The notes under the pieces: model-generated | What the model saw: the letters and a program-made list of their open reading frames with translations, nothing else | Told to the model about the DNA's origin: nothing | Database searches by the model: none | Position numbers and translations under genes: made by a program | Shown: in pieces, positions 1-12,045 of the stretch | How the letters are laid out: every line of letters begins with the position of its first letter | How positions within the stretch are numbered: position 1 is the first letter of the stretch | From: Firmicutes bacterium ADurb.Bin193 | Lineage (GTDB): Bacteria > Bacillota > Clostridia > Monoglobales > Firm-18 | Direction of reading: 5' to 3' | DNA: 64,000 bases | NCBI GenBank assembly: GCA_002070105.1 | Contig: MWCQ01000003.1 | Span: forward strand, 143,101 to 207,100

Positions 1-1261
1 TAAGATAAATGACAATCGAGATTATTACGCCGATATAAACAGCTATATCAAGCTCAAAAATAAGCGTGGAAATCAAGGTGGCAAAAATAACAATGCTGTC
101 TGCGCCGCCGATTTTCGCCTGTCTTTTTATCTCATCATATTCAATAAGGTTATATGCAATAACCATCATGACCCCCGCAAGCGCCGGAGTCGGAATATAT
201 TGAGCATAAGACGAAAAGAAAAACAGTGTAATTGCTAAAAATACGCCGGTAAGCAGAGCCGACACCCTTGTCCTTGCGCCGCCGATATAGTTTGTCGCCG
301 TCTTCGAAAAAGAGCCTGACGATACAATCCCTTTAAAGAACGACGCGGCGATATTCGAAATTCCCTGCGCGCGAAACTCCTGATTAAAGTCAACCTTCTC
401 ACCTGTTTTAAGCGAAAGCGCCTTTGAAATACTAACCGCCTCAACAAGCCCGACAATAGCCACGGGAATACTTGCGGCCCATAAATTCCTGTTCAAAAAC
501 AGACTAAAATCAAGCAGTGTAAAGGCAGGAAGCGCGGATTCAAATTTTTGAGTAAGCGCAACCCTTCCTTCAAGCCCGAATACGACAACACCAACGCCCA
601 TAATAATTATTGCAAGAAAAGGGGCGGGAAGTTTTGGGAAAAACCTTTTCATAGCCAGTATAAACAGCACCGTTCCGCCCGATATCACAAGCGCATATAT
701 GTTTGTCCGGGGAAGGTGCCTTATTACCTCCCAAACCTTCTCAAAGGCTATCATCTCGCTAAAATCTTCAATTTTAAGGCCGAAGAACGGCGGAAGCTGA
801 CCTATTGCTATAAGTATGCCCGCGCCCGTCATAAACCCTACCATAACAGAGTGAGAAACATAGTCAAGAATCTTACCGAAGTTCAAAACGCCCATCAAAA
901 ACTGAATTAGACCGACCATAAGAGTCAGAAAAAACAGCATCATGTAAAACCGTTCACTCAAAAATTCGGTTCCTTCAGGCAGAAACTTTGCTATGCTTCC
1001 GACGATTAAAAGCCCTATTGCGTTTGTGGGACCCGTTATAAGATACTGCGAGCTGCTGAAAAGCGAGGATGCGATAATTGCAATAACCGCAGTATAAAGC
1101 CCGTATACGGGCGGTATCCCGATAATAAGCGCGCACGCCATACACTGGGGTATACTTACCACAAGCGTTGAAAGGGCCGCTGTTATATCGTATTTTATGT
1201 AGCTCTTTTTATAGGTTCTTACCGTTTCTATAATCGGAAAATAGCTTGAAATTTTAGACAT
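1..1261 (-). CDS. SulP-family anion permease, 3' end outside window
   Basis: Absent from the ORF track because it runs off the window edge. My reverse translation from ATG 1261-1259 reads MSKISSYFPIIETVRTYKKSYIKYDITAALSTLVVSIPQCMACALIIGIPPVYGLYTAVIAIIASSLFSSSQYLITGPTNA, a SulP-type N-terminus. The frame was spot-checked only at 1141-1261 and about 540-660 and appears to run off the window edge. Track ORFs 235-456(-) and 548-910(+) are off-frame artefacts inside it. Confidence 0.75.
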   Translation of the reverse strand, partial: MSKISSYFPIIETVRTYKKSYIKYDITAALSTLVVSIPQCMACALIIGIPPVYGLYTAVIAIIASSLFSSSQYLITGPTNAIGLLIVGSIAKFLPEGTEFLSERFYMMLFFLTLMVGLIQFLMGVLNFGKILDYVSHSVMVGFMTGAGILIAIGQLPPFFGLKIEDFSEMIAFEKVWEVIRHLPRTNIYALVISGGTVLFILAMKRFFPKLPAPFLAIIIMGVGVVVFGLEGRVALTQKFESALPAFTLLDFSLFLNRNLWAASIPVAIVGLVEAVSISKALSLKTGEKVDFNQEFRAQGISNIAASFFKGIVSSGSFSKTATNYIGGARTRVSALLTGVFLAITLFFFSSYAQYIPTPALAGVMMVIAYNLIEYDEIKRQAKIGGADSIVIFATLISTLIFELDIAVYIGVIISIVIYL

Positions 1262-1300
1262 TGCCGTATCTTTGCCCTCTTTACATTGGATTTTTGCGTT

Positions 1301-1729
1301 TTATTCTATATTGACAAACCCTGACATCGCAAAAACTGTCAGCAGCATTACAAACAGACTTATGCCGACAAACAGATAATTCTTTTCCTTAATAAACATT
1401 ATGATGGCGGCAATAAGCGCCCAGACGGAAACACTGCAGCCCAAGGCAATGGCGAACTGGCCCAGTCCGTCGCCTGTTAATATATTATTAAGGTAAAAAT
1501 GCCCTCCGGGGAAGCCGCCGGGCAGTCTTGCCCATATCTCTTTGGGAGTTTCTCCCGAAAAGATTGCGCCAAAAAGCAAATTTTGATTCATAAGGGTTGC
1601 CTTAGGAGCAAGAAGCATCACAACAGGCGCGAAAAGCGACAAAATGCAGGAGGCAATCGTTATCCAGTGAACAAACGCCCCGAATATAAGCTGAGATTTT
1701 GGAATTAAAGGTCTTTCATTTTCATTCAT
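1301..1729 (-). CDS. DUF1634-like small membrane protein
   Basis: 142 aa with about four hydrophobic helices. It overlaps the upstream TauE gene by 4 nt; a DUF1634/TauE pairing is a known arrangement. Confidence 0.6.
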   Translation of the reverse strand: MNENERPLIPKSQLIFGAFVHWITIASCILSLFAPVVMLLAPKATLMNQNLLFGAIFSGETPKEIWARLPGGFPGGHFYLNNILTGDGLGQFAIALGCSVSVWALIAAIIMFIKEKNYLFVGISLFVMLLTVFAMSGFVNIE

Positions 1730-2844
1730 GCCTGTATACCTCCCTTCGATTCTTTGCGTTTTGAGATGTACGCCATTGCAATAACAAAAACTATCATTAA
1801 CAAAAATACAACCAAGGATGCCTCCGGCGGCACTTTCGGTATAAGTTTAAGTTTTTCAAAGCCGTTTGTAAACAAGCCGAAGCTTGTAAAAAACATAATT
1901 CCGATTAAAATCTGTCTTACAAGGCTTGCCCTGATTTTTACAAGAAGGTATGAGCCGAAGTATCCGCCCACAACCTGTCCCGCAAGCCACGGAAGAGCGA
2001 AAAGCGGAATAATCGCACCTGTCAAAATGTAAGGCCAGACAGCAATACAATCAACCATACCCAAAATTATACCGCTGTTAGCGGCGGCAACCTTAAGCGG
2101 AATGCCAAGCACAAGATTTTGCATAGGCGTTATCGCCCATCCCGCTCCCATTCCGAAAAAGCCGCCCAGAGCGCCTATAAAAATAGCGATTCCGAGCCCC
2201 GGAAGAATGTTTTTTATTTTATACTCAACAACGCGTGATTCGGATTCCTCGAAAAACGGCTGTTCAAGCTTTAGCATTTTTGTAAATCTGTCAACCTTCT
2301 TTACTATGGGCCAGTCTATTTTTTTACCGCCCACCATATAATATATGCCGATAGCAGTCAGAACAACGCCTAAGGCAATCCTTATGTAGGGGTCACTACC
2401 CTTTATTTGTGCAAGAGCAATCGCGCCCCACGCGCCGAACAATGCGCCTATACCCTGACTTACCGTAACGGTCACGCAAAGCTTTAAATTGCCAATGCCC
2501 TGCTTTAAGAATATCCCCGTGGATATAAGACCGCTGAACATCGCAACGATAAGACCGGCCGCACGGATAACAACGCTGTCAACACCCGTAAACGCAAGCA
2601 TAATAGGTGTGAAAATAACTCCGCCGCCTATGCCGCAGATAACTGCGACAAGCGCAATCGCTGTGCTAATCAGAAAAAAAGCGAGAAGCCACAACACCAT
2701 TGTCATCGTTGGCATTCCCACAACCTCGCCCTTCTCCAAGGCCGCGATTATTGTTAGTGCTATGTAGGAAAGTATCACCGCGAAAATCATTATTACCGCT
2801 TCCAGGTAAGGAGTCTTGAACCATTTTGTCAGTAAATTGTTCAC
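1726..2844 (-). CDS. TauE/SafE (DUF81) family sulfite/anion exporter
   Basis: 372 aa polytopic membrane protein with duplicated Gly-rich helices (GIGGGVIFTP, GGFFGMGAGW) typical of TauE/SafE. Confidence 0.7.
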   Translation of the reverse strand: MNNLLTKWFKTPYLEAVIMIFAVILSYIALTIIAALEKGEVVGMPTMTMVLWLLAFFLISTAIALVAVICGIGGGVIFTPIMLAFTGVDSVVIRAAGLIVAMFSGLISTGIFLKQGIGNLKLCVTVTVSQGIGALFGAWGAIALAQIKGSDPYIRIALGVVLTAIGIYYMVGGKKIDWPIVKKVDRFTKMLKLEQPFFEESESRVVEYKIKNILPGLGIAIFIGALGGFFGMGAGWAITPMQNLVLGIPLKVAAANSGIILGMVDCIAVWPYILTGAIIPLFALPWLAGQVVGGYFGSYLLVKIRASLVRQILIGIMFFTSFGLFTNGFEKLKLIPKVPPEASLVVFLLMIVFVIAMAYISKRKESKGGIQA

Positions 2845-2937
2845 CTTGATTTTCCTTTCTTTTTATGATTTTTCCTTTAAGCATAAAGATTGCCGAACAC
2901 TCATAGCCCGTATATCTTCTGCTTTATCATTGCTTTC

Positions 2938-2966
2938 ATTTTACTTTATTTTTAAGATTTTGTCAA
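2938..2966 (-). promoter_or_regulatory. sigmaA-type promoter of the TauE operon
   Basis: On the minus strand: TTGACA (2966-2961), 17 nt spacer, TAAAAT (2943-2938), about 95 nt upstream of the start at 2844. Confidence 0.45.
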
Positions 2967-3185
2967 GTGTTGTGGTAACAGCAATCACGACAAACCCATG
3001 AACTCTAAATAACATAATACAGATACAATTCATAAAAATTTTTTGGTGCCTGTCATCCTAAGCGAAGGAACCTAAAGATTCTTCGGCGTTGCCTCAGAAT
3101 GACAGAGTCAATTCACAGGAGAACATAAGAATTGACAAAGTACATGGCTATCCCCCTACACAGCCGGGGATTTCTTTCTAACCGC

Positions 3186-3219
3186 AAAAACCGGCGCACC
3201 CCGTATGGAGTGCGCCGAT
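3186..3219 (-). terminator. rho-independent terminator of the S-layer gene
   Basis: Minus-strand stem CGGCGCAC/GTGCGCCG (3217-3210 and 3199-3192) followed by GTTTTTGCGG, 50 nt after the stop at 3271. Confidence 0.7.
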
Positions 3220-3270
3220 AAAACTTTTAGTTTTTGTTAAAGTTCGTGTTTCCTTTTTCCCGTTTTAATC

Positions 3271-6132
3271 CTATCTCTCGTCGAACAGGAAGAATACAAC
3301 TTCTTTCAATTCTTCGTCGTACTCACGATACAGAACATATACGGGAGCAATTTCGTCGTAGGAAGCATCGTAGTATACACCATCATCTATATCGAATACA
3401 TCATAACCTAAAGCAGGTATAACCGCTTTGTTAGCCGCTCCGTTACCGGATTCGATATATGCATAGATGCTTACATCTCCCTTAATTATAAGGTCTTCAC
3501 CAATTTCGAGCTCGATTCTGCTGCCTTTCTTACCTATAACCTTGCTGAATGTATACCTGTTGTCGCCTTTCACGTAAACTCCATCATCAAAGCCCGGCGC
3601 CTCAGTAATATTTCCTGTAACTTTGCCTTCTGAATCCAAGTCTATGGAGGCTATTACTTCAAATCCATTAACTTCATTTTTGCTGTTGAATTGCGGAACT
3701 ATTATATCGCCTGTGCTAATAGAATTGAATATTGAGTTGGAGTCTCCAAGCAGCTCAACCGTCTTGTTGTTCTGAATAGCGGTAAGCTTCTGAACGGTGA
3801 CGCCGCTGTCATTCTTCTTGGAAGACTTGCTGATTACCATTGCTATGCCTGTAGCTCCGCTTGTAAGATCGACATCAGATTCAACAAGGATTAATGAAGC
3901 AACCTTGTCGGAATTAACATCATATGCCGAAACATTATCCCAAGCTGCTGCATCTTCAACAAGCGCGCTAAGCGGAATAATCTTATAGTCGTCTTCATCA
4001 TCAGTTCCGGGAGCCTGCAAAATAATTGTTAAATCATCAAAGTATACACTTGTTCCGTCGATGGTGAATTTCTTCTTATCAAGGTCGTAGGTCGCACTTG
4101 TATCCGTCTTGTACAGTGTAAGATAATCGGTATCAGCTTTGCCGGTTTCAAGTGTGTTCGGGAATACCAACTTGTTGATCTTGCCTGAGGAGTTAAGACC
4201 GAAGGTAACAAGCTGTTTGATTGTATTGTTGCTGTTATCTTTCAATGCATACGGTTTTGTATCGTCAAGAAGATCTTCATCATTTACTTGTTCGTTTTCT
4301 TCATAAGTTGTTCCGTCTGTGTAGGATACATTAACTTTTGAAGCAACCTCAAAGGTTTTAACCTCGCCCTTAAAGGTAATCATCTTGATCTGAGTAACCT
4401 TATCAAGAGTTCCGGCCTCACCTGCCGCTATGATAAATGCATAGTCGCTCTTTGCTGTTGTTATTCCGTCAAAGTATACGATTCTGCCTGCGATATCAAG
4501 ATAGAAGGTTCCTTCAGCGCCGAGTTTAATCTTTGAATCCGCATAATAAGGATTAACCTTGTAGTCTTTACCGCCTATGGTGTATATCTTTCCATTCGGA
4601 TCCGGGTTAAAATCAGTTACGCTTATATCTCTTGATTCTGTAATTTCGCCTGTAACAACATCCCTAAGCAGTGTGCAAACACTGACTGTTCTGTCGCCTC
4701 TTCTCTCTTGAATAGCGATAACATCATTTTCTTTAACCGATGACCATTCAACGGGCTTGCCGGATTTGTCAACAAGTGTTGTGCTGTATCTGTCGTCATC
4801 CTTGTCAAATATTATTGTTGTTATGTCGCCTTCTTTTCCTTTTGCTCTTCCGGTTGAAACATTAACACTGTCAACTACCATATGCTTATAGCTTGTGATA
4901 AATATTTTGTCATAATCAACTTCGTCATCATCGGTATCTTCAAGCACAAATCTGATAACGCCATAGGCTGCTTTAATCAAGGTTTTAACCGATGCATTGG
5001 AGTCATCCTTGTATCCGTTGATGTATACATTCGCATTATTCCTGATTTTAAATGTGCTTGTTTTTGTAGCATTGTTTGTTTCGTAATACTTAACCTTAAA
5101 CACGGTGTTACTACTGATAGTTGTATCGTCTGTAGTGATGTCATCTATATTGCTTCTTGCAATTGTAATTTCGTCAGTAGTTCCGGTATACTTGGTAGTA
5201 TAGAGAGCAACAGGCTTATCGTCTGAATTTTCGTCGTAAGCCATGTAGACAACAGCCTTTGTTCCCAAAAAGCTCTTAAGGTTTGTGGTTCCGACATCTA
5301 TTTCAAGACCCTTGCCGGCTGCGAGTTCCCTGTCATCATCATAGTCCTCATCAGCATACTTGTTGCCATAAGCCTTGTCAATAGTAACCTTAACGAGGTT
5401 AGCCTTCTTTGCATTGCTAAGCTCATATGATTCGTTAACCGAAACGGCAAGCTTAACTACGCCAAGCTTTTCGGTCATAAGAGTTTTTCTGTAGGTGTCG
5501 CCCGAACCGTCGTTGATTACATAATCAACAAAGGTTCCGAAACCTGTTTGTTCCATAATCGGCACATCAAGTGCATTGTATACCAACTGAGCAACCTGAC
5601 CTCTGTTCATTTTAACGCCGTTTACGCCCTTAACGCCGGTTGTGATACCGTTCTGCTGAGCTATGGTAAGGTAGCCAACAGGATAGTTTCCGCCAGCGGC
5701 AAGCTCGTAACCTAACGCAACAACAACCATTTTAACTGCCTGCTCATAGGTAACATTGTCGTTCGGTCCGAATGTTCCATCGCCGTAGCCGTTTATTATT
5801 CCGAGGCTTGATGCGATATTAATGTAGCCTGCAGCCCAATCAGTCGAAGCTACATCGGTAAACTTTGTTGCGCCCTTTGCGCCTTCAGCCTGGTCTTCCT
5901 GACCTAACATTCTTACTACAATCGCGGCAAATTCAGCCCTTGTAATGTCGCCTTCAGGCTTGAATGATCCGTCTTCATAGCCTGTGTAAAGCTTGAGAGC
6001 TACGCCCAGTTCGATTGCTTCAGCATAAGCATGCGAATCCTGAACATCTGAAAATGTGCCGGCAAAAACAACCGTACCCATTAACATTGTTAAGGAAACA
6101 ACAAGTGCTAATGCTTTTTTGAGATTTTTCAT
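3271..6132 (-). CDS. S-layer / cell-surface protein with N-terminal SLH domains
   Basis: 953 aa with a signal peptide (MKNLKKALALVVSLTMLMGTVVFA). Three SLH-like repeats follow (FSDV..HAYAEAIE, FTDV..WAAGYINIA, ITRAEFAAIVVRML), then a long Thr/Asp/Asn-rich beta region. Strong RBS (AAGGGAGGA). Confidence 0.85.
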   Translation of the reverse strand: MKNLKKALALVVSLTMLMGTVVFAGTFSDVQDSHAYAEAIELGVALKLYTGYEDGSFKPEGDITRAEFAAIVVRMLGQEDQAEGAKGATKFTDVASTDWAAGYINIASSLGIINGYGDGTFGPNDNVTYEQAVKMVVVALGYELAAGGNYPVGYLTIAQQNGITTGVKGVNGVKMNRGQVAQLVYNALDVPIMEQTGFGTFVDYVINDGSGDTYRKTLMTEKLGVVKLAVSVNESYELSNAKKANLVKVTIDKAYGNKYADEDYDDDRELAAGKGLEIDVGTTNLKSFLGTKAVVYMAYDENSDDKPVALYTTKYTGTTDEITIARSNIDDITTDDTTISSNTVFKVKYYETNNATKTSTFKIRNNANVYINGYKDDSNASVKTLIKAAYGVIRFVLEDTDDDEVDYDKIFITSYKHMVVDSVNVSTGRAKGKEGDITTIIFDKDDDRYSTTLVDKSGKPVEWSSVKENDVIAIQERRGDRTVSVCTLLRDVVTGEITESRDISVTDFNPDPNGKIYTIGGKDYKVNPYYADSKIKLGAEGTFYLDIAGRIVYFDGITTAKSDYAFIIAAGEAGTLDKVTQIKMITFKGEVKTFEVASKVNVSYTDGTTYEENEQVNDEDLLDDTKPYALKDNSNNTIKQLVTFGLNSSGKINKLVFPNTLETGKADTDYLTLYKTDTSATYDLDKKKFTIDGTSVYFDDLTIILQAPGTDDEDDYKIIPLSALVEDAAAWDNVSAYDVNSDKVASLILVESDVDLTSGATGIAMVISKSSKKNDSGVTVQKLTAIQNNKTVELLGDSNSIFNSISTGDIIVPQFNSKNEVNGFEVIASIDLDSEGKVTGNITEAPGFDDGVYVKGDNRYTFSKVIGKKGSRIELEIGEDLIIKGDVSIYAYIESGNGAANKAVIPALGYDVFDIDDGVYYDASYDEIAPVYVLYREYDEELKEVVFFLFDER

Positions 6133-6311
6133 GAAAAATCCTCCCTTATAATAATTTTAATTTTTTTCGAAGAGATTAGGTTAGTTAAGCGACACGGCCC
6201 CTTCATCCGTATACGCTTACTTGGCTGGAAAACCGGCACGGTTATCATATGTAAGTTTTTTCTTTGCTAAACAATAATAAAAATGCCGATAATCCGTCTG
6301 ATACTGTTATG

Positions 6312-6340
6312 ATTATACCACCTGTTATTTGCATCGTCAA
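6312..6340 (-). promoter_or_regulatory. sigmaA-type promoter of the S-layer gene with a long 5' UTR
   Basis: Minus strand TTGACG (6340-6335), 17 nt spacer, TATAAT (6317-6312) preceded by TGG. This leaves a leader of about 175 nt before ATG 6132. Confidence 0.5.
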
Positions 6341-6397
6341 GCATTGTAATAGAAATGTAAAACTATGAAACAATACGGTAATTTTCCAATTGGAACG

Positions 6398-8020
<1,623 letters not shown>

Positions 8021-8189
8021 TTAATGAATTTTATACCACTACATTTTAATATTTTTTAAAGTTGGTGTCAAGGCTTTTTAAAAATTCTCTGGAAATAATA
8101 TCATAAAAGCAATAAAGTTACATATCTCTTGCAAAAGAGTAGCAAAGCGCATAATTCCAACGCGCAAAACCGACATTGTTCCTTGTTTT

Positions 8190-9929
8190 TCAAGGCTTTT
8201 CTGGGGTCACATAAACTGTGTTATAATTATCGTATATTACCATCCCCGGCTTTGCCCCGCTCGGTTTCTTTACATTTTTTACCACGGTGTAGTCCACCGG
8301 CACATTTGCCGATTCCTTTGCCTTGCTGAAATATGCCGCTGCCTTTGCAACCTTGACAATGGTGTCGTCCGAAGGGGTCCTGCCGTCGGTTTTAAGAATG
8401 GTGTGACTTCCCGGAAAGTTTTTCACATGAAACCAAAGGTCAAAAGCCCGTGCCTCCTTAAGTGTAAGACGGTCATTTTGAAGGTTGTTTCTTCCGATAT
8501 ATATATCAAATCCGTCAACGATAAATTTGTGAGGCTCCGCAGGCTTTTCCTTTCCTCCCTTTGAAGTGCTTGCCTCTCCGGTTTTATAGCCCTGCGAAAA
8601 CAGCTCGTTTTGTATCTCCCTTAGGTCATGTATGCTTTCCGCCCTCTGTATGCTTTCCCTAACGCTTTCGAGGTATAAAAGCTCGTCCTCGGTCAGCTTC
8701 ATCTGTTCTTTTGACATTTTTTCCGCATTTTTCGCCTTCCGATACAGCGAGTAATACCTTTGCGCGTTTTGGGAGGGCGAAAGCTCCGGCAAAAGAGGTA
8801 TTTTTGTAATTTTCATATCGTCAAAAAAGTTTTCAACTTCCGCGCTCTGCGCCTTTTCCTCGATATTATGAAGATTTGTGACAAGCAAATCGCCGTATAT
8901 CCTGTATTTCTCTCTGTTTTCGCTGTCCTTAATCTTTTGTTGTTGAAGAGCAATCTTTTTTTGACATCTTGCTATATTGTTGTCGACAAATTTCAGTAAC
9001 CCCGACGATTTCTGACTCATTCTCTCGGAACGGTCGCGTGTTTCGTAAAATTCGTCAAGCGCAGACCAAAGCGTTTCCCTTTTTTCTACGGTTATCTTGC
9101 CTTCATACTGACTTATGTCGACGGAATTAAAATCCCAAACCTTGTTTTGACCCTTGAACAAAAGCACAGGGCAGTATTCGCCGTGAGATATTTTGGCGAA
9201 AAAGCTTTCAATATCATTCGCAAATCTGATTTTTTCTTCCTTATTAAGAGAAGATATGTCATAAGATACATCGCCAAGTGAGCAATACGCTATTTCCCTT
9301 GCGTTCAGCGGCCCCACACCCGTAAATGTATCAAGCAGGAATTTGTCGGCAGGAATGTCCGCGACGCATATAAGGGGGTAAATACTGTCCGCCGATATAC
9401 CAATGGGGCATACTTTGTTTTGTGACGGGGGCATTTCGTATGCCATGCCAGGCAAAACCTGACGGACACTCGACACCGTAAAGTCAACATGCTTTACGCT
9501 TCCCAAAACCCTGCCCTGTCCGTCGACAAGAATAATGTTGCTGTGCCGCCCCATTATTTCCACCGCAAGCTTTTTTTCCGAAAGATCGCCGAGTTCGTCA
9601 TAGCCTTCGATTTTTATTATAATTACGCGCTCAAAGTCCGGTTGTTCAAAGCCCGTTATCTTTCCGCCCAAAAGATGCTTGCGAAGAAGCATACAAAACA
9701 TCGGGGCCTTTTGGGGGCTCTCCTTTTGCACCCCTGTAAGATGTATCCTTGGGCTTGAAGAGCTTGCGCTTATTAAAAGGCGGCGGTTTTCGCCTTCGCT
9801 TCTTATTAATATATTTATTTCGTCTCTTTCGGGCTGGGTAATTTTGTCAATTCTGCCTCCCGTCAAAGCGTTTTCGAGTTCCCTTTTAACACACGACAAT
9901 ACAATCCCGTCAAAGGCCACCGTTTTCAC
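8190..9929 (-). CDS. rqcH: NFACT-family ribosome quality-control protein (FbpA/RqcH)
   Basis: 579 aa. NFACT-N start (FDGIVLSCVKRELENALTGGRIDKITQP), a coiled-coil middle region, and a C-terminal NFACT-R (DGFDIYIGRNNLQND...WFHVKNFPGSH). Confidence 0.85.
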   Translation of the reverse strand: MKTVAFDGIVLSCVKRELENALTGGRIDKITQPERDEINILIRSEGENRRLLISASSSSPRIHLTGVQKESPQKAPMFCMLLRKHLLGGKITGFEQPDFERVIIIKIEGYDELGDLSEKKLAVEIMGRHSNIILVDGQGRVLGSVKHVDFTVSSVRQVLPGMAYEMPPSQNKVCPIGISADSIYPLICVADIPADKFLLDTFTGVGPLNAREIAYCSLGDVSYDISSLNKEEKIRFANDIESFFAKISHGEYCPVLLFKGQNKVWDFNSVDISQYEGKITVEKRETLWSALDEFYETRDRSERMSQKSSGLLKFVDNNIARCQKKIALQQQKIKDSENREKYRIYGDLLVTNLHNIEEKAQSAEVENFFDDMKITKIPLLPELSPSQNAQRYYSLYRKAKNAEKMSKEQMKLTEDELLYLESVRESIQRAESIHDLREIQNELFSQGYKTGEASTSKGGKEKPAEPHKFIVDGFDIYIGRNNLQNDRLTLKEARAFDLWFHVKNFPGSHTILKTDGRTPSDDTIVKVAKAAAYFSKAKESANVPVDYTVVKNVKKPSGAKPGMVIYDNYNTVYVTPEKP

Positions 9930-10137
9930 CCCGTTTCATTGAATCTTGCACAGCCGCCATTCCTTCATCCATCCGTATTTATTGTAAACAAACCGCAAAC
10001 CATTGTCAAGAAGCAAAAAGCAAAGCCGCAATTCCCGCGCGTCCAAAAACTTACATTTTGCACAAACAAAGGCTTTTTACTATATCTTATTAAGAAAAGC
10101 CCTTAAAACCGCAGGTGTTTATTTTGCTTCGCACTAA

Positions 10138-10153
10138 TGTTCCACGTGGAACA
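10138..10153. promoter_or_regulatory. parS centromere-like site
   Basis: TGTTCCACGTGGAACA is a perfect 16-bp palindrome. It matches the Firmicute parS consensus TGTTNCACGTGAAACA at all but one symmetric position and lies 87 nt upstream of soj. Confidence 0.8.
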
Positions 10154-10239
10154 TTTTATTAAAATTTTTATGTTGTTTTTTTTCATGAATATGGTATAAT
10201 TAGCTTATACTGATAAATGCCGATAAATGAGGTGACCAA

Positions 10240-11022
10240 ATGAAAGTTATCGCAGTTGCAAATCAGAAGGGCGGTGTCGGAAAAACCACTACTGCCGTAA
10301 ACGCCTCTGCCTGTCTTGCGGAAAAGGGCAAGCGCGTTCTGATTATAGACATTGACCCGCAGGGGAACACTACAAGCGGGCTTGGGATAGACAGAAAAAC
10401 CGTCGGTTTTACCGTTTATGATGTTCTTATCAACGGAACGGATATAAAAAAGGCTGTTGTACATACAGCCTGGGATAATCTTGATATCTGCTCATCAAGT
10501 ATTCATCTTGCGGGTGCGGAAATCGAGCTTGTGTCCGTCCAGGGTCGTGAATTCAGGCTTAAAAATGCTTTGAAAGCCGTTAGGGATGATTATGATTTTG
10601 TTATAATAGACTGCCCTCCTTCGCTTGGGTTTCTTACACTTAATGCTCTTGCGGCCGCAAACACGGTTCTTATCCCCATACAATGTGAGTATTATGCGCT
10701 TGAAGGACTTTCACAGCTTACCGCAACTATTCGTTCGGTAAGAAAAAGCATAAATCCCGATTTGGATATTGAGGGTGCGCTTCTGACCATGTTTGATGCA
10801 AGAACCAACCTGTCGATTGAAGTGGTCGAAGAGGTTAAAAGAGCTTTGCCTCATAAAGTTTGCTCAACCATTATTCCGAGGAATGTGCGTCTTTCCGAAG
10901 CGCCGAGCTTCGGTGAGCCGATTATAGCGTACGATACTAACAGCCGCGGCGCAATGTGTTATCGCGCCCTGGCTGAGGAACTTATTGAAAGGATTGGAGG
11001 CGTTTGCAATGGCGTTGGGTAA
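10240..11022 (+). CDS. soj: ParA/Soj chromosome-partitioning ATPase
   Basis: 260 aa with the deviant Walker A KGGVGKTT and the sequence VLIIDIDPQGNTTSGLG. Confidence 0.95.
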   Translation: MKVIAVANQKGGVGKTTTAVNASACLAEKGKRVLIIDIDPQGNTTSGLGIDRKTVGFTVYDVLINGTDIKKAVVHTAWDNLDICSSSIHLAGAEIELVSVQGREFRLKNALKAVRDDYDFVIIDCPPSLGFLTLNALAAANTVLIPIQCEYYALEGLSQLTATIRSVRKSINPDLDIEGALLTMFDARTNLSIEVVEEVKRALPHKVCSTIIPRNVRLSEAPSFGEPIIAYDTNSRGAMCYRALAEELIERIGGVCNGVG

Positions 11023-11890
11023 AAAGGGTCTCGGTCGCGGGCTTGACACTCTTATTCCCGGATATGAAGAAAATCCGGATTCAAGCGGCGCCACGGAGCT
11101 GAACATTATTGACATCGAACCGCGCAGGGACCAGCCGAGGAAGCATTTTGACAAGACACAGCTTGCCGAGCTTGCGGATTCTATTGCGACTCACGGGGTT
11201 ATTCAACCGATTTTAGTGGTGAAAAGCGGCGAAAGATATCAAATAATAGCGGGAGAGCGTAGATGGCGCGCCGCAAAGCTTGCAGGACTTAAAGCAATTC
11301 CGGCGATTGTGCGGGATTATGACGAATTAAAGGTTTTTGAGGTTTCTCTCATCGAAAACCTTCAGCGCCAGGACTTAAACCCCATAGAAGAGGCGACCGG
11401 CTATAAGTCGTTGATGGACAAATTCGGAATGACACAAGAAAAAATAAGCGAGCGCGTCGGCAAGAGCAGAAGTTCGATAGCCAATTCGCTCAGACTTCTT
11501 TCCCTTCCCGCCGAGGTTGTGAAAATGGTTGCCGATGGGCTTTTGTCAACCGGTCATGCAAAGGTTGTTCTTTCGGTTTCGGGCGCCGAAAAGCAGCTTC
11601 GCTTATCGCAGCACATAGTTTCAAAAAAATTAAGCGTAAGAGAGGCCGAAGAATATGTAAAATCCTTTGAAAAGCAAAAAAGGAAGGATATCAAAGCCCA
11701 TTCTTCATCTTTTTCCTCCAATTTGTCCGGCTTTGATCTAAAAACATACATTTCTGTTTTGGAGGATGACCTGTCGCAATTTATCGGAACGAGGGTTAAA
11801 ATACGACATAGCAAGGGCAAGGGCAAAATCGAAATTCAGTATTTTTCCAACGAGGATTTGGACAGAATCATTGATATTATCAAAAATTAA
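11009..11890 (+). CDS. spo0J: ParB/Spo0J
   Basis: The track ORF starts at 10985. I prefer ATG 11009 (MALGKKGLGRGLDTLIP) because GGAGG lies at 10996-11000. ParB box GERRWRAA is present, plus an HTH region. Confidence 0.9.
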   Translation: MALGKKGLGRGLDTLIPGYEENPDSSGATELNIIDIEPRRDQPRKHFDKTQLAELADSIATHGVIQPILVVKSGERYQIIAGERRWRAAKLAGLKAIPAIVRDYDELKVFEVSLIENLQRQDLNPIEEATGYKSLMDKFGMTQEKISERVGKSRSSIANSLRLLSLPAEVVKMVADGLLSTGHAKVVLSVSGAEKQLRLSQHIVSKKLSVREAEEYVKSFEKQKRKDIKAHSSSFSSNLSGFDLKTYISVLEDDLSQFIGTRVKIRHSKGKGKIEIQYFSNEDLDRIIDIIKN

Positions 11891-12045
11891 GGTTTGTTGT
11901 CATTTAGGGAGTGTCGAAAATTGCTCTAAACGGGCTTTTGTGCCACGCTCAATATGCATTATCATTTGAATATATTGTGCAGCAGAGGGTAAAATATTAA
12001 ATACGGAAATGTTCCCTTAAAAGAACATTTTAACGGAGGATAACC

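Noticed and set aside
235-910. Track ORFs 235-456(-) and 548-910(+)
   Set aside because: Both lie inside the partial SulP permease gene, whose frame is the one with a recognisable conserved N-terminus. Their sequences are Arg-rich or otherwise implausible.
3050-3105. Nested hairpin CTGTCATCCTAAG...CTCAGAATGACAG with inner CGAAG/CTTCG stem
   Set aside because: A single copy in this window, lying between a terminator and the next promoter. It is most simply an additional transcription stop or insulator hairpin. There is no evidence for anything more.
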